A stretch of 54,672 nt of DNA from a virus. Its lineage: Duplodnaviria; Caudoviricetes. Position 1 is the stretch's first letter. Each line of letters opens with the position of its first letter. The notes below the pieces were generated by a model that saw only the letters and a list, made by a program, of their open reading frames with translations, ran no database searches and was not told where the DNA came from. The DNA lies in the IMG/VR virus record IMGVR_UViG_3300046780_001084, positions 1-54,672 of that record. One strand, 5' to 3'. Below are positions 27,347 to 35,368 of the stretch, in pieces. The position numbers and the translations under genes are program-made.

Positions 27347-29505
27347 AATTCCTAGACATCGTCATCCCGGCGACTACCGAGGTTGTCGGTCGTGGACCCG
27401 GCCTCGCCGCGTACCTGAAGGGCCTCGCTGCGCTCGCGGGCGAGAACTTCTCGCTGATCCGCACGGGCGATGGCGTCGTCACGGTCGACGTCGACGCGTC
27501 ACACGGTCTCTCGGTCGGAGATCAGATTTTCATCGACGGCGTGTTGCCCACGGGCGAAGTGCCGGCCACCGACTCCGGAACCCCGAGCGGCAACTTTGCG
27601 AGCCCGAACGATACTCAGTCAGGCATCACCGCGGCCTCGATCCACTCGACCAACAGCCAGGCCGGCACGTACGAAGGCGTGTTCAGCCGCGCGATTCGCA
27701 ACCCCGAGGGGAGACTGATCATCATCGGCGGAGCCACCACTTCCGACGGCCTCACCTTCACCCCGAAGGACAACTTCACCGTGCTGGAAGTGACCGGCGA
27801 GACCGTGTCTGGCAGCGGCGGACGTGCGGTCGACTACCTCTGGACCCAGATCGCCCCGGACGGAGCACACGGCTTCAACCTCCCGAACTTCGGGTACCGC
27901 AACTTCGCCGCGTCCCTCCTGACCGACGGCCGTATTCTCTGCACGGGCGGAGCGATCGGCGACGATCTCACTGGCACCCCGGTGCTCGGCTACGACCTGC
28001 TCACCTTCATTCCCCCGGACTCCGTCTCACAGCAACAGGGGATGTTCGACAGCCGAGTCGCGCACGGACAGTGCGCACTGAGCGATGGCGGAGCGCTGGC
28101 CTCCGGCGGCTGGGCGGTCGCCGGCACCCCGCTCGCCACGTCCGAGCGCTTCGACGTGACGACCGAGAGCTGGGCCAACGACGCGGTCATGAAGGTCGCC
28201 CGCATGCACCACGAGCTGGTCGCACTCGACGACGGACGCGTGCTCGCGATCGGAGGTCAGAAGAACTCCGCTGCCACCAACCTCATCAACCGTTGCGAGA
28301 TCTGGAACAGTATCACCTGGGAGCTGACGGGCAACATGACGTACGCCCGCACCCAGTTTGGAGTACTGAAGCTCCCCGACGGCCGCGTGCTCGTCATCGG
28401 CGGTAACGGCTACAACCCGAGCCGCGCACACTCACCTGGAGCACTCAGCTCCTGCGAAATCTTCGACCCGAAAACGGGACTGTGGAGCACGATCGCTTCC
28501 ATGCGCAACGGGCGCTCGCATCCGGCCATCGCGTACCTCCCGACGGAGAACGCCGTGTACGTGACCGGCGGCGCGAACGGCGTGTTCAACGTCGAGGTCC
28601 TGGACTTGGACACCATGCGCTGGCACGTCTCCATGGCCCAGATCCAGACTCCCCACCTCGACCCCACGGGCGGCCTGGTGGGCACCGACGTGTTCGCCAT
28701 GGTTGGCGGCTGGGACCACGCCATCTCCACCGAGAAGACCAACCAGATCGTCGTCCCGGGCGAAGACCGCGTGTGGGAAGGCGCCGGCATCAACGGCATG
28801 CACCGGGTGGCCGAGGTTCCGGACGGTACCCATGTCATCGTCCACACCCGCGAGTACGACTACAGCCACTCCTACACCGTGGCCCGCGCGGGCGCTGACG
28901 TGACCCCGATGCGCGCCGAGGCTGCGCCTTCGACGGTTCCGGGCCCGTTCTCGTACGACGTCAAGACCGGGCTCGCGATCACCGCAACGGCTGGTACCAC
29001 CGACACGGCCTTCAACCGCGGCGTCCACTACTCGTCCGTGCACCTCACGGGCTTGGACCCGGCACTCGACTTCCCCGATGAGGAGGGGTGGCTGGTGTTC
29101 AACTTCGGCTACCACAACATGGTCGGTCCCGTCCGCTACCTGGGACGCCTGAGCGACGAGGACTTGATCCTCGATGCCGACGTACCATTCAGCGCGACCC
29201 TCCCGGCCGGTGCAACCGTGCGATTGCTGTCCGGACGTGTCCCGTTCGAGCCGGCGGCAGACCACCTGGTGGGCAACTTCTACGTCACCGGCACGGCCGC
29301 GGGCCGCGAAGCAGCCCGCCAGATCATCAACGACATCGTGGCCGCCGGCAAGCAGGTGTTGGTGACCGTGATCTACCCGGGCGACCGCGGCCTGGGCGGC
29401 GAGGGCTTCCCGCAAGGCGGCAGCTACAAGCTCTCCGACAAGGTCTCCGTGTGGGGCGGCGACGAGCTGGACAGCGAACTTCCGGCAGCCAGGAAGGGTC
29501 CGTAA
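27343..29505 (+). CDS. Kelch-repeat baseplate/tail protein
   Basis: ATG 27343 (ATGA overlap) MKFLDIVIPATT; Kelch repeats RMHHELVALDDGRVLAIGG, LPDGRVLVIGG. Confidence 0.85.
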   Translation: MKFLDIVIPATTEVVGRGPGLAAYLKGLAALAGENFSLIRTGDGVVTVDVDASHGLSVGDQIFIDGVLPTGEVPATDSGTPSGNFASPNDTQSGITAASIHSTNSQAGTYEGVFSRAIRNPEGRLIIIGGATTSDGLTFTPKDNFTVLEVTGETVSGSGGRAVDYLWTQIAPDGAHGFNLPNFGYRNFAASLLTDGRILCTGGAIGDDLTGTPVLGYDLLTFIPPDSVSQQQGMFDSRVAHGQCALSDGGALASGGWAVAGTPLATSERFDVTTESWANDAVMKVARMHHELVALDDGRVLAIGGQKNSAATNLINRCEIWNSITWELTGNMTYARTQFGVLKLPDGRVLVIGGNGYNPSRAHSPGALSSCEIFDPKTGLWSTIASMRNGRSHPAIAYLPTENAVYVTGGANGVFNVEVLDLDTMRWHVSMAQIQTPHLDPTGGLVGTDVFAMVGGWDHAISTEKTNQIVVPGEDRVWEGAGINGMHRVAEVPDGTHVIVHTREYDYSHSYTVARAGADVTPMRAEAAPSTVPGPFSYDVKTGLAITATAGTTDTAFNRGVHYSSVHLTGLDPALDFPDEEGWLVFNFGYHNMVGPVRYLGRLSDEDLILDADVPFSATLPAGATVRLLSGRVPFEPAADHLVGNFYVTGTAAGREAARQIINDIVAAGKQVLVTVIYPGDRGLGGEGFPQGGSYKLSDKVSVWGGDELDSELPAARKGP

Positions 29506-29930
29506 TGCCTTCGATCGTACTTGCATCAGCACAGGTCATCCTGTTTGTCAACGGAAACCCGTTCGGTCGGGTCAACCGCTTCAGCTACAGCATCGACACC
29601 CCGCGCCGCAAGATCCACACCGTCGACTCGGTGCTGCCGTTCGAGCTGGCCACGGGCGTGACCAACGTGTCAGGCTCGATGGGGCTCTACCGTACCCACC
29701 TCGACGGCGCCGTGGAGGGGCCGGGCATGGTGGCGCCCCTGGAGGAGCTGCCGCGCGAGAAGTACTTCAACATCCTGCTGATCGACCTGGTCTCTCAGAC
29801 CGTGATTTTTCAAGCTGATTTCTGCTCGGTCGAGAGCCAGTCCTGGTCGTTCGAAGCCAAGAGCCTGGTCTCGGGCGCGGTGAACTTTTCTGCACTTTCG
29901 TACAACAATGAGGTGCGTCCGCTCGGGTGA
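29505..29930 (+). CDS. Tail tube-like / tube initiator protein
   Basis: ATG 29505; 141 aa beta-rich, ILFVNG..FSYSI..I..VDS..PFEL..VSGS...CSVESQSWS. Confidence 0.65.
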   Translation: MPSIVLASAQVILFVNGNPFGRVNRFSYSIDTPRRKIHTVDSVLPFELATGVTNVSGSMGLYRTHLDGAVEGPGMVAPLEELPREKYFNILLIDLVSQTVIFQADFCSVESQSWSFEAKSLVSGAVNFSALSYNNEVRPLG

Positions 29931-29948
29931 TTCAGTAGACTTAATCTT
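29929..29948 (+). promoter_or_regulatory. Tandem GATTCAGTAG and TAATCTT motifs upstream of the leader/tRNA unit
   Basis: Both phage motifs adjacent and in sense orientation. Confidence 0.65.
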
Positions 29949-29957
29949 GAGATCACC

Positions 29958-30005
29958 GTGAAGCACCTGTCATCGTCCAGTAGCTCTTCTTCGTCGAGTC
30001 GCTAA
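29958..30005 (+). CDS. Poly-serine leader peptide MKHLSSSSSSSSSSR
   Basis: GTG AAG CAC CTG TCA TCG TCC AGT AGC TCT TCT TCG TCG AGT CGC TAA; GTG 9 nt after AATCTT, same spacing as neighbouring genes. Confidence 0.75.
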   Translation: MKHLSSSSSSSSSSR

Positions 30006-30012
30006 GCGACTC
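29996..30012 (+). promoter_or_regulatory. Hairpin GAGTCGC-TAA-GCGACTC with the leader stop codon as loop
   Basis: Perfect 7-bp inverted repeat; no U tail. Confidence 0.75.
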
Positions 30013-30015
30013 CGT

Positions 30016-30101
30016 GGAAAGTTCTGGGCCGTGGGGTCCGATCCGCCTCGAAAGCGGACATAGCTACCTTCGGGTAGGGGGTTCGACTCCTCAGCTTTCC
30101 T
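30016..30101 (+). tRNA. tRNA-Ser(CGA), 8/4-type cloverleaf
   Basis: Acceptor GGAAAGTT/AGCTTTCC (8 bp), anticodon arm TCCGC-CTCGAAA-GCGGA, variable arm CTACC-TTCG-GGTAG, T arm GGGG-TTCGACT-CCTC (4 bp); no encoded CCA. Confidence 0.85.
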
Positions 30102-30106
30102 CCTTC

Positions 30107-30196
30107 GGAAACGACGTCGCATGTCGGTTTTGCGCAGCAGGTTGCTAACTTGCCGGGCCCGCAAGGGCCCCGAGAGTTCGACTCTCTCCGTTTCCT
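30107..30196 (+). tRNA. tRNA-Ser(GCT)
   Basis: Acceptor GGAAACG/CGTTTCC, D stem CGCA/TGCG, anticodon arm GCAGG-TTGCTAA-CTTGC, variable arm GGGCCC-GCAA-GGGCCC, T arm GAGAG-TTCGACT-CTCTC. Confidence 0.9.
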
Positions 30197-30224
30197 CTGG
30201 CGACACGCAATCTTAAGGGTAACC

Positions 30225-31937
30225 ATGGCCGTTCTCCGCCAAGCTAACCTCCTGGGCAATCAGCGCGTCGACATCCCGCACCTGCGCTCGATCGAGTCGG
30301 CGGTGGCCGGCGACATCGACCTTCTCGCTGGCGTCATGATCGCCGGCAAGGCGCCGCTCATCACCGAGGGCTTCTACGTGCTCTCGACGGGCATCACCAT
30401 CGCGACCGGACTCAAGATCCGCGTCGCCGACAGCAGCCTCATTCACTTCCTTGCGTCCGAGTCCGGATCGATCTTCCACGTGCCGTCCGATCGCCCCGAC
30501 GAACAACTGAACTCGGTCAACCCGCGCATCATCGGCAGCTTCACTTCGGGCATGGTCAACTACGTCGGCCTCGACTTCGTTCGCGAAGCGGACGATACGA
30601 CGGTCGACCTCGTCGAGTTCATCGACTCGGACTCGGAGCTGGAGACGCCGGTCCAGGTGCCGCTCGGGCGCACGCTCGACTACCGCATCGTCATCACGAC
30701 GCTGGACTTCGACAACAACCCCGGTATCTGCCCGATCGCGAAGGTCACGCTCGACGACGCCAACAACGTCACCGTGCTGGAGGATGCGCGTCGTTTCGCA
30801 TTCCGCCTCGGCTCGGGCGGCACGATCCCGAACATCAAGAACTCCTATGCGTGGCCGGCCGGCCGCGCGGAGAACACGAGTGGTGACGTGTTCGTCGGCG
30901 CCGACAAAGCCATCGGCAATTTCAAGGACTGGATGGACGCGATCATGTCGCGTATGTGGGAGGTAGGCGGCGGCGAGTACTGGTACTCACCCACCAACCC
31001 GATCAACGAACGCCTCGCGCGTACGGGCTCTCCGTTCGTCTCGAACGGCGAGTACTTCGAGTGGGACGGAGCGAACATTCACTGGAAGGGCCTGGTCTGG
31101 ATCTTCGCGAACTCGACCGGCGTCGTCAACCCGGTCCAGGACCAAGCTTCCGACTCGGCGGGCCTCACCGACCTCGCTGACGGCGAGTGTATCTACGTCG
31201 ACGTCGACCGCACGCAGGACACCACGATCATCGCCGCCAAGGCTGCCCTCGCGACGCTGGGGTCGCCAGAGATCCCGGGCTCCCGCTACGTCATCGCGTG
31301 GCGCCACAGCAACGACATCTACACGCGTGACCAGTCGTACGCGGTCAACTCTGCGTTCAAGAACGCGACCACCGCGGCGGGTGGCATGGTCAAGCTTTCG
31401 GCCACGAACGGCACCACCTCGTATCCCGCTCAGGTCGCGACCGTCGACGACATCAACTACTTCGCGTTCGCAGGAGGTCTGAGCCGCAGCGGTGACTTCT
31501 TCGGCGGCGCAGGCGATCTCCAGATCGGTGGTTGGGGTCCGGAAGACAACAACGTCCTCATCAGGACCACCGAGACGCAGTACCAGACAGTGATCGACGG
31601 CGATAACAACTGGAGCATCAACGCAACGTCGGCACTCTGCGTTCGCCAGATGCACCCGTTCACGTCAAGCACCTTCTACCGCATCCTGACTCTCCAGGGT
31701 TTCGACGGCAATGACGCGCTCAACAAGGACAGCTTCTCGTTCGAGGCTGCCGGCACGATGCAGTGGAGGATGATCGAGGGCACTCCGGGACCGCCGGCCC
31801 ACACCTTGACGAGCCCTCTCCAATTCAAGACCTACTTCCGTACAAACGGCTTCACCACGCCCAATATTCGCGACCAGCAATGCATCATGGACCGTGACGG
31901 CAACATTACCGTCACGTGGGAAGGACCGGCTTACTAA
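30225..31937 (+). CDS. Baseplate/tail-fibre attachment structural protein
   Basis: True start ATG 30225 (MAVLRQANLLGNQRVD) after CAATCTT; NATTAAGGMVKLS fibre-like motif. Confidence 0.8.
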   Translation: MAVLRQANLLGNQRVDIPHLRSIESAVAGDIDLLAGVMIAGKAPLITEGFYVLSTGITIATGLKIRVADSSLIHFLASESGSIFHVPSDRPDEQLNSVNPRIIGSFTSGMVNYVGLDFVREADDTTVDLVEFIDSDSELETPVQVPLGRTLDYRIVITTLDFDNNPGICPIAKVTLDDANNVTVLEDARRFAFRLGSGGTIPNIKNSYAWPAGRAENTSGDVFVGADKAIGNFKDWMDAIMSRMWEVGGGEYWYSPTNPINERLARTGSPFVSNGEYFEWDGANIHWKGLVWIFANSTGVVNPVQDQASDSAGLTDLADGECIYVDVDRTQDTTIIAAKAALATLGSPEIPGSRYVIAWRHSNDIYTRDQSYAVNSAFKNATTAAGGMVKLSATNGTTSYPAQVATVDDINYFAFAGGLSRSGDFFGGAGDLQIGGWGPEDNNVLIRTTETQYQTVIDGDNNWSINATSALCVRQMHPFTSSTFYRILTLQGFDGNDALNKDSFSFEAAGTMQWRMIEGTPGPPAHTLTSPLQFKTYFRTNGFTTPNIRDQQCIMDRDGNITVTWEGPAY

Positions 31938-32887
31938 TGGCACTTCGCGGACTCGGCGGGATCGACCCGTTTCTCTTCGGCAACGGCATCGCGGGCGACA
32001 TCTCGCACACGACCGACTTCACGCAACTGTTCGACGCCGTCACCAGGAACTGGAAAGCGGTGAAGGCCTCGGGCGGTGACCCGAACTTCACGGTGACCGC
32101 TCCCGGTTGGCGCATCTTCGCCACCCGCGAGATCCACATCGGCGGCGGCGTGACGCTCTCTGCGCGCGGCACCATCGGCGGCACCAACTCGGGCGGGGCG
32201 GCGGCGGGTGGAGCCGGCGCAACGGCCGGCACCATGGGTTCCGGCACCGCAGGCGGGAGCGTGTCCTTGAACGTCGGCCTCACTCCCGGCGCCGGGGGCG
32301 GCGGTGTCGACAACACGCGCAGCATCGGTGGTTCCGGTGGTGCGGGCGGCACGGCCGGCGGCGGGATTGGCGGCCCTGGCGGCGTCGCGGACGCGGACGA
32401 CCTGCTCGGCACAGACAACCAGTGGAACCACCTGCTGAACGGAGCGGGCGTCGTCAACGGCAGCCTCTTGACGTTCCGTGGCGGGTGCGGCGGCGGTGCC
32501 GGCGGGGCGGCTGGCAGCGCGGGTGGCACGAACCACCCCGGGGCCGGCGGCGGTGGTGGTGGCATCATCATCCTCGCGGCGCCCCTCATCACGATCGATA
32601 TCGGAGCACTGGTCACGGTCAAAGGTGGCGACGGCGGGGACCAATCCGGTACTACCTGGGACTCCGGCGGCGGCGGCGGCGCTGGTGGCGGTGGCGGTGC
32701 CATCATCCTGATCTACGGCCGCCTCAACCTGAACGGAGAACTCAACGCCGACGGCGGCGACGGCGGCAGCGGCAGCTCGGCTGGCAAGGGCGGCTTCGGC
32801 GGTGCGGGCGGACACATCTACCACTTCGGCGGCACGGATGACACCATCTTCCGCGAATCCGGCAGCGCGGGCGCGAACGCATCGTAA
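31937..32887 (+). CDS. Glycine-rich virion protein (polyglycine-II type, adhesin-like)
   Basis: ATG 31937 (TAATG); GAGGGGGGIIIL, GGGGGAIILIY repeats. Confidence 0.8.
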   Translation: MALRGLGGIDPFLFGNGIAGDISHTTDFTQLFDAVTRNWKAVKASGGDPNFTVTAPGWRIFATREIHIGGGVTLSARGTIGGTNSGGAAAGGAGATAGTMGSGTAGGSVSLNVGLTPGAGGGGVDNTRSIGGSGGAGGTAGGGIGGPGGVADADDLLGTDNQWNHLLNGAGVVNGSLLTFRGGCGGGAGGAAGSAGGTNHPGAGGGGGGIIILAAPLITIDIGALVTVKGGDGGDQSGTTWDSGGGGGAGGGGGAIILIYGRLNLNGELNADGGDGGSGSSAGKGGFGGAGGHIYHFGGTDDTIFRESGSAGANAS

Positions 32888-33375
32888 TGCCCACGCTCGC
32901 GGAACTCGCCATCCAGATCGCGCTGTCGTACGACGGCGTGCGTGAGCATGGCGGCAACAACTGCGGTCCCGAGGTCGAGATGTTCCAGAAGAGCATCGGC
33001 CTCGAACCGGGCGATCCCTGGTGCGCGGCCTTCGTGTGCTTCTGCATCAAGGAGGCGGCCAAGCGTCTTGGAGTTACTCCAAGTTTCCAGTACGGCGGGT
33101 CCGTCAACAAGCTCTGGATCCGCAACCCAAGCCTCCAGATGGCCCAGCCGGTCTACAACGGCCTGTTCTTGATCGACCACGGCCTCTCCAAGCTCGGCAC
33201 GCGCATCGGACACACGGGCTTCTGCATCGGCCCCTTCCAGGCCAACAACGACACGCTGGAGACCGTGGAGGGTAACACCAACGCCGCGGGGTCGCGCGAT
33301 GGCGACGGCGTCTACCACAAGGACCGGGCCGTGATCGAGATGGCCCGCGGGTACGGGTTCCTGCGCATCGAGTAA
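32887..33375 (+). CDS. CHAP-domain peptidoglycan hydrolase (endolysin)
   Basis: GVREHGGNNCGPEV, PWCAAFV (Cys), GHTG (His), TVEGNTN. Confidence 0.9.
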   Translation: MPTLAELAIQIALSYDGVREHGGNNCGPEVEMFQKSIGLEPGDPWCAAFVCFCIKEAAKRLGVTPSFQYGGSVNKLWIRNPSLQMAQPVYNGLFLIDHGLSKLGTRIGHTGFCIGPFQANNDTLETVEGNTNAAGSRDGDGVYHKDRAVIEMARGYGFLRIE

Positions 33376-33392
33376 GAGGCAATCTTAGAGTC

Positions 33393-34046
33393 ATGTCAAC
33401 CACCCTCGCAGACCTGACCAGGGCGATTCAAGCTGCACAAGATGCAGCCAAGAAGGCCGGGGCGTACGCGTCCCAGGCCAGCGCCGTCGCCTCACAGGTC
33501 CGGACCCTCTACAACCAGTTCGGGTTCACCACGACGTGGCGTGGGGCGTGGGGGTCGCTCGCGGCGTACAAGATCAATGACATCGTGTCGTTCTTGGGTT
33601 CGTCGTATATCGCCATCCAGGCGAACAAGAACAAGCAGCCCGACGAGAACGCTCTGGACTGGGGAATCATGATCGGCGCAGTTCCATCCGCTGGCGCCAG
33701 CCTGGTTCTGACCGGGGGAGTTGGCACTGGCACGAACAGCTACGTCCCGCTCCTGGCGGAAATCCCGTCCGGCATTTTTACCGGAAACGTCACGATCCGC
33801 ATCATCTTCAACGTGACCCCCGCCGAAGCCTGCACGGTCGAGACTGCGATTTACGGCAACACCTTTGGGGAGTCGAACACGCTGCTGGACAGTTCCCAAG
33901 CCGTGACGGACGGTCACGTTCTATTCGACTTTACCACCGCCCCCTTCGACCCGACGGTCAACACTCCCTTCGAGGTCGACATCTCTTCCAACGGACCCAA
34001 CTTCAACATCTCCAACCCCATCGTGCTGATCAGCGCGGCACCGTAA
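33393..34046 (+). CDS. Virion protein with CBM5/12-like carbohydrate-binding module
   Basis: WRGAWGSLAAYKINDIVSFLGSSYIA..N...P....W. Confidence 0.75.
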   Translation: MSTTLADLTRAIQAAQDAAKKAGAYASQASAVASQVRTLYNQFGFTTTWRGAWGSLAAYKINDIVSFLGSSYIAIQANKNKQPDENALDWGIMIGAVPSAGASLVLTGGVGTGTNSYVPLLAEIPSGIFTGNVTIRIIFNVTPAEACTVETAIYGNTFGESNTLLDSSQAVTDGHVLFDFTTAPFDPTVNTPFEVDISSNGPNFNISNPIVLISAAP

Positions 34047-34066
34047 CCTCCAACCGAGCCTATATT

Positions 34067-34693
34067 ATGCCCACCATTCAAGGAACCGACGGCGACACCA
34101 CTGGGGCGCTGATCACGACGGCGACCACGGCGACGGAGCTGACGGCCCTCATCGAGGCCGCCACGCACACCACGTCGGGCGCGATGTCGACGGCCGAGTA
34201 CGACAAGCTCGCGGCCATCACGCAGGCGCAGCTGGACTCCCTGGCGGCCCTCACGACGTCCCAGCTGGACCAGCTCGCGGCTCAGATCCGTGCCGACGGA
34301 ATCATCATTGAGTCGTACAAGACTCCCGTGGTCGACCTCATGACGACGAGCACCACCGACGTCATCATGCCCGCGGTCTCCGGGAAGTACTTCCACATGC
34401 TAGCCGCGCGCGTCGAGGTGTTCACCCGCGATGCCGCCCTCGTTACCGGCCTCACCTACGACATCACCCAGGATGGCACGAGCATCATCGATGCCGCCCA
34501 GGTTGTGGCTGCCGCAACCATCAACACTCTCACGGCTCCCGCCACATTCGCCTCGACCGCCCGCGTGGCTGGCATCAAGGAGGTCGTCACAGACCCCCAC
34601 TGCCACCAGTTCAAGATCACTGTCCCCGTCGCAGGAGTCGGCCTCACCGACTGCACGGGTAGCATGATCATCTACGGCTGGTTCGACGTATAA
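34067..34693 (+). CDS. Putative virion/fibre protein
   Basis: 208 aa; ATHTTSGAMSTAEYDKL fibre motif similar to that in 23683..25035. Confidence 0.75.
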   Translation: MPTIQGTDGDTTGALITTATTATELTALIEAATHTTSGAMSTAEYDKLAAITQAQLDSLAALTTSQLDQLAAQIRADGIIIESYKTPVVDLMTTSTTDVIMPAVSGKYFHMLAARVEVFTRDAALVTGLTYDITQDGTSIIDAAQVVAAATINTLTAPATFASTARVAGIKEVVTDPHCHQFKITVPVAGVGLTDCTGSMIIYGWFDV

Positions 34694-34715
34694 GCCCCAA
34701 TCTTAGAGGTAGAAC

Positions 34716-35078
34716 ATGCCCTCCATCGCCGTCCAAGCAGCCAAGGTTTCCATCACCGCCGCAAACGCCCACGGGCGCCTGACGGTGACGAGCAACGGGT
34801 ACCTCTACCCGGGTACCTACGCATGGGCCGTGAAGGATGACCAGAGCGTCCAGTATCGCGTTCAGATCCTGGCCTGCATCGGCACGGACACCGTCGTCGT
34901 GCGCCGCTGCCACACCAAGAAGGAGCCGGACGGCACTTCGCACGACCAGGAGAACTTCGGCCCCCCGAACTACGCCCTGAGTGACGTGAGTGCTCTCAAC
35001 GGCGGCAGCGCCCACCTCTCCGTCGAAGCTCAGACCGCGCCCGTCGACCCGCACTTTCTCAAGCGCGTCCTGCCGTAA
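34716..35078 (+). CDS. Hypothetical late protein
   Basis: 120 aa after CAATCTTAGAGG; last gene of the plus-strand block. Confidence 0.75.
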   Translation: MPSIAVQAAKVSITAANAHGRLTVTSNGYLYPGTYAWAVKDDQSVQYRVQILACIGTDTVVVRRCHTKKEPDGTSHDQENFGPPNYALSDVSALNGGSAHLSVEAQTAPVDPHFLKRVLP

Positions 35079-35082
35079 GGAT

Positions 35083-35355
35083 CTAGTTCTTCAGGTCCTC
35101 GTACGAGAACGGCTGGATGAAGCTCTTGTGGCGGCCGTCCGGAGCGCCCAGCTCGACGTTGCAGGCCCAGCCGTAGCTGGGGATGTTGGCGCAGCCGTGC
35201 AGCTGCATGGTGGCGCCGGGGAACTGGGCTGTGATCAGGTCGAAGTCGCTCTGGATCTTGTTCTCGGTCATGCGTCGGTTGACGAATCGGGAGAAGTCGA
35301 ATCCTGCGTTGACGATGAGCATCAGGCCGAGAATGGACAACACGATCTTTTTCAC
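35083..35355 (-). CDS. Small exported protein
   Basis: GTG with AAGGAGG RBS; signal-like N-terminus; two Cys. Confidence 0.75.
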   Translation of the reverse strand: MKKIVLSILGLMLIVNAGFDFSRFVNRRMTENKIQSDFDLITAQFPGATMQLHGCANIPSYGWACNVELGAPDGRHKSFIQPFSYEDLKN

Positions 35356-35368
35356 GAAATCCTCCTTG

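Noticed and set aside
29996-30015. Intrinsic terminator
   Set aside because: No U-tract follows the hairpin on either strand
30016-30101. Selenocysteine or suppressor tRNA
   Set aside because: The D arm is Sec-like but the anticodon is CGA (Ser), not TCA or CTA; genes end normally in TAA, TAG and TGA, so there is no sign of recoding
30002-30259. ORF-track ORFs across the tRNA region and the extended start of 30150..31937
   Set aside because: They overlap two clear cloverleafs; the real start is ATG 30225 after CAATCTT
31937-32887. Collagen-like protein
   Set aside because: Glycine runs are GGxGG-type, not sustained Gly-X-Y triplets
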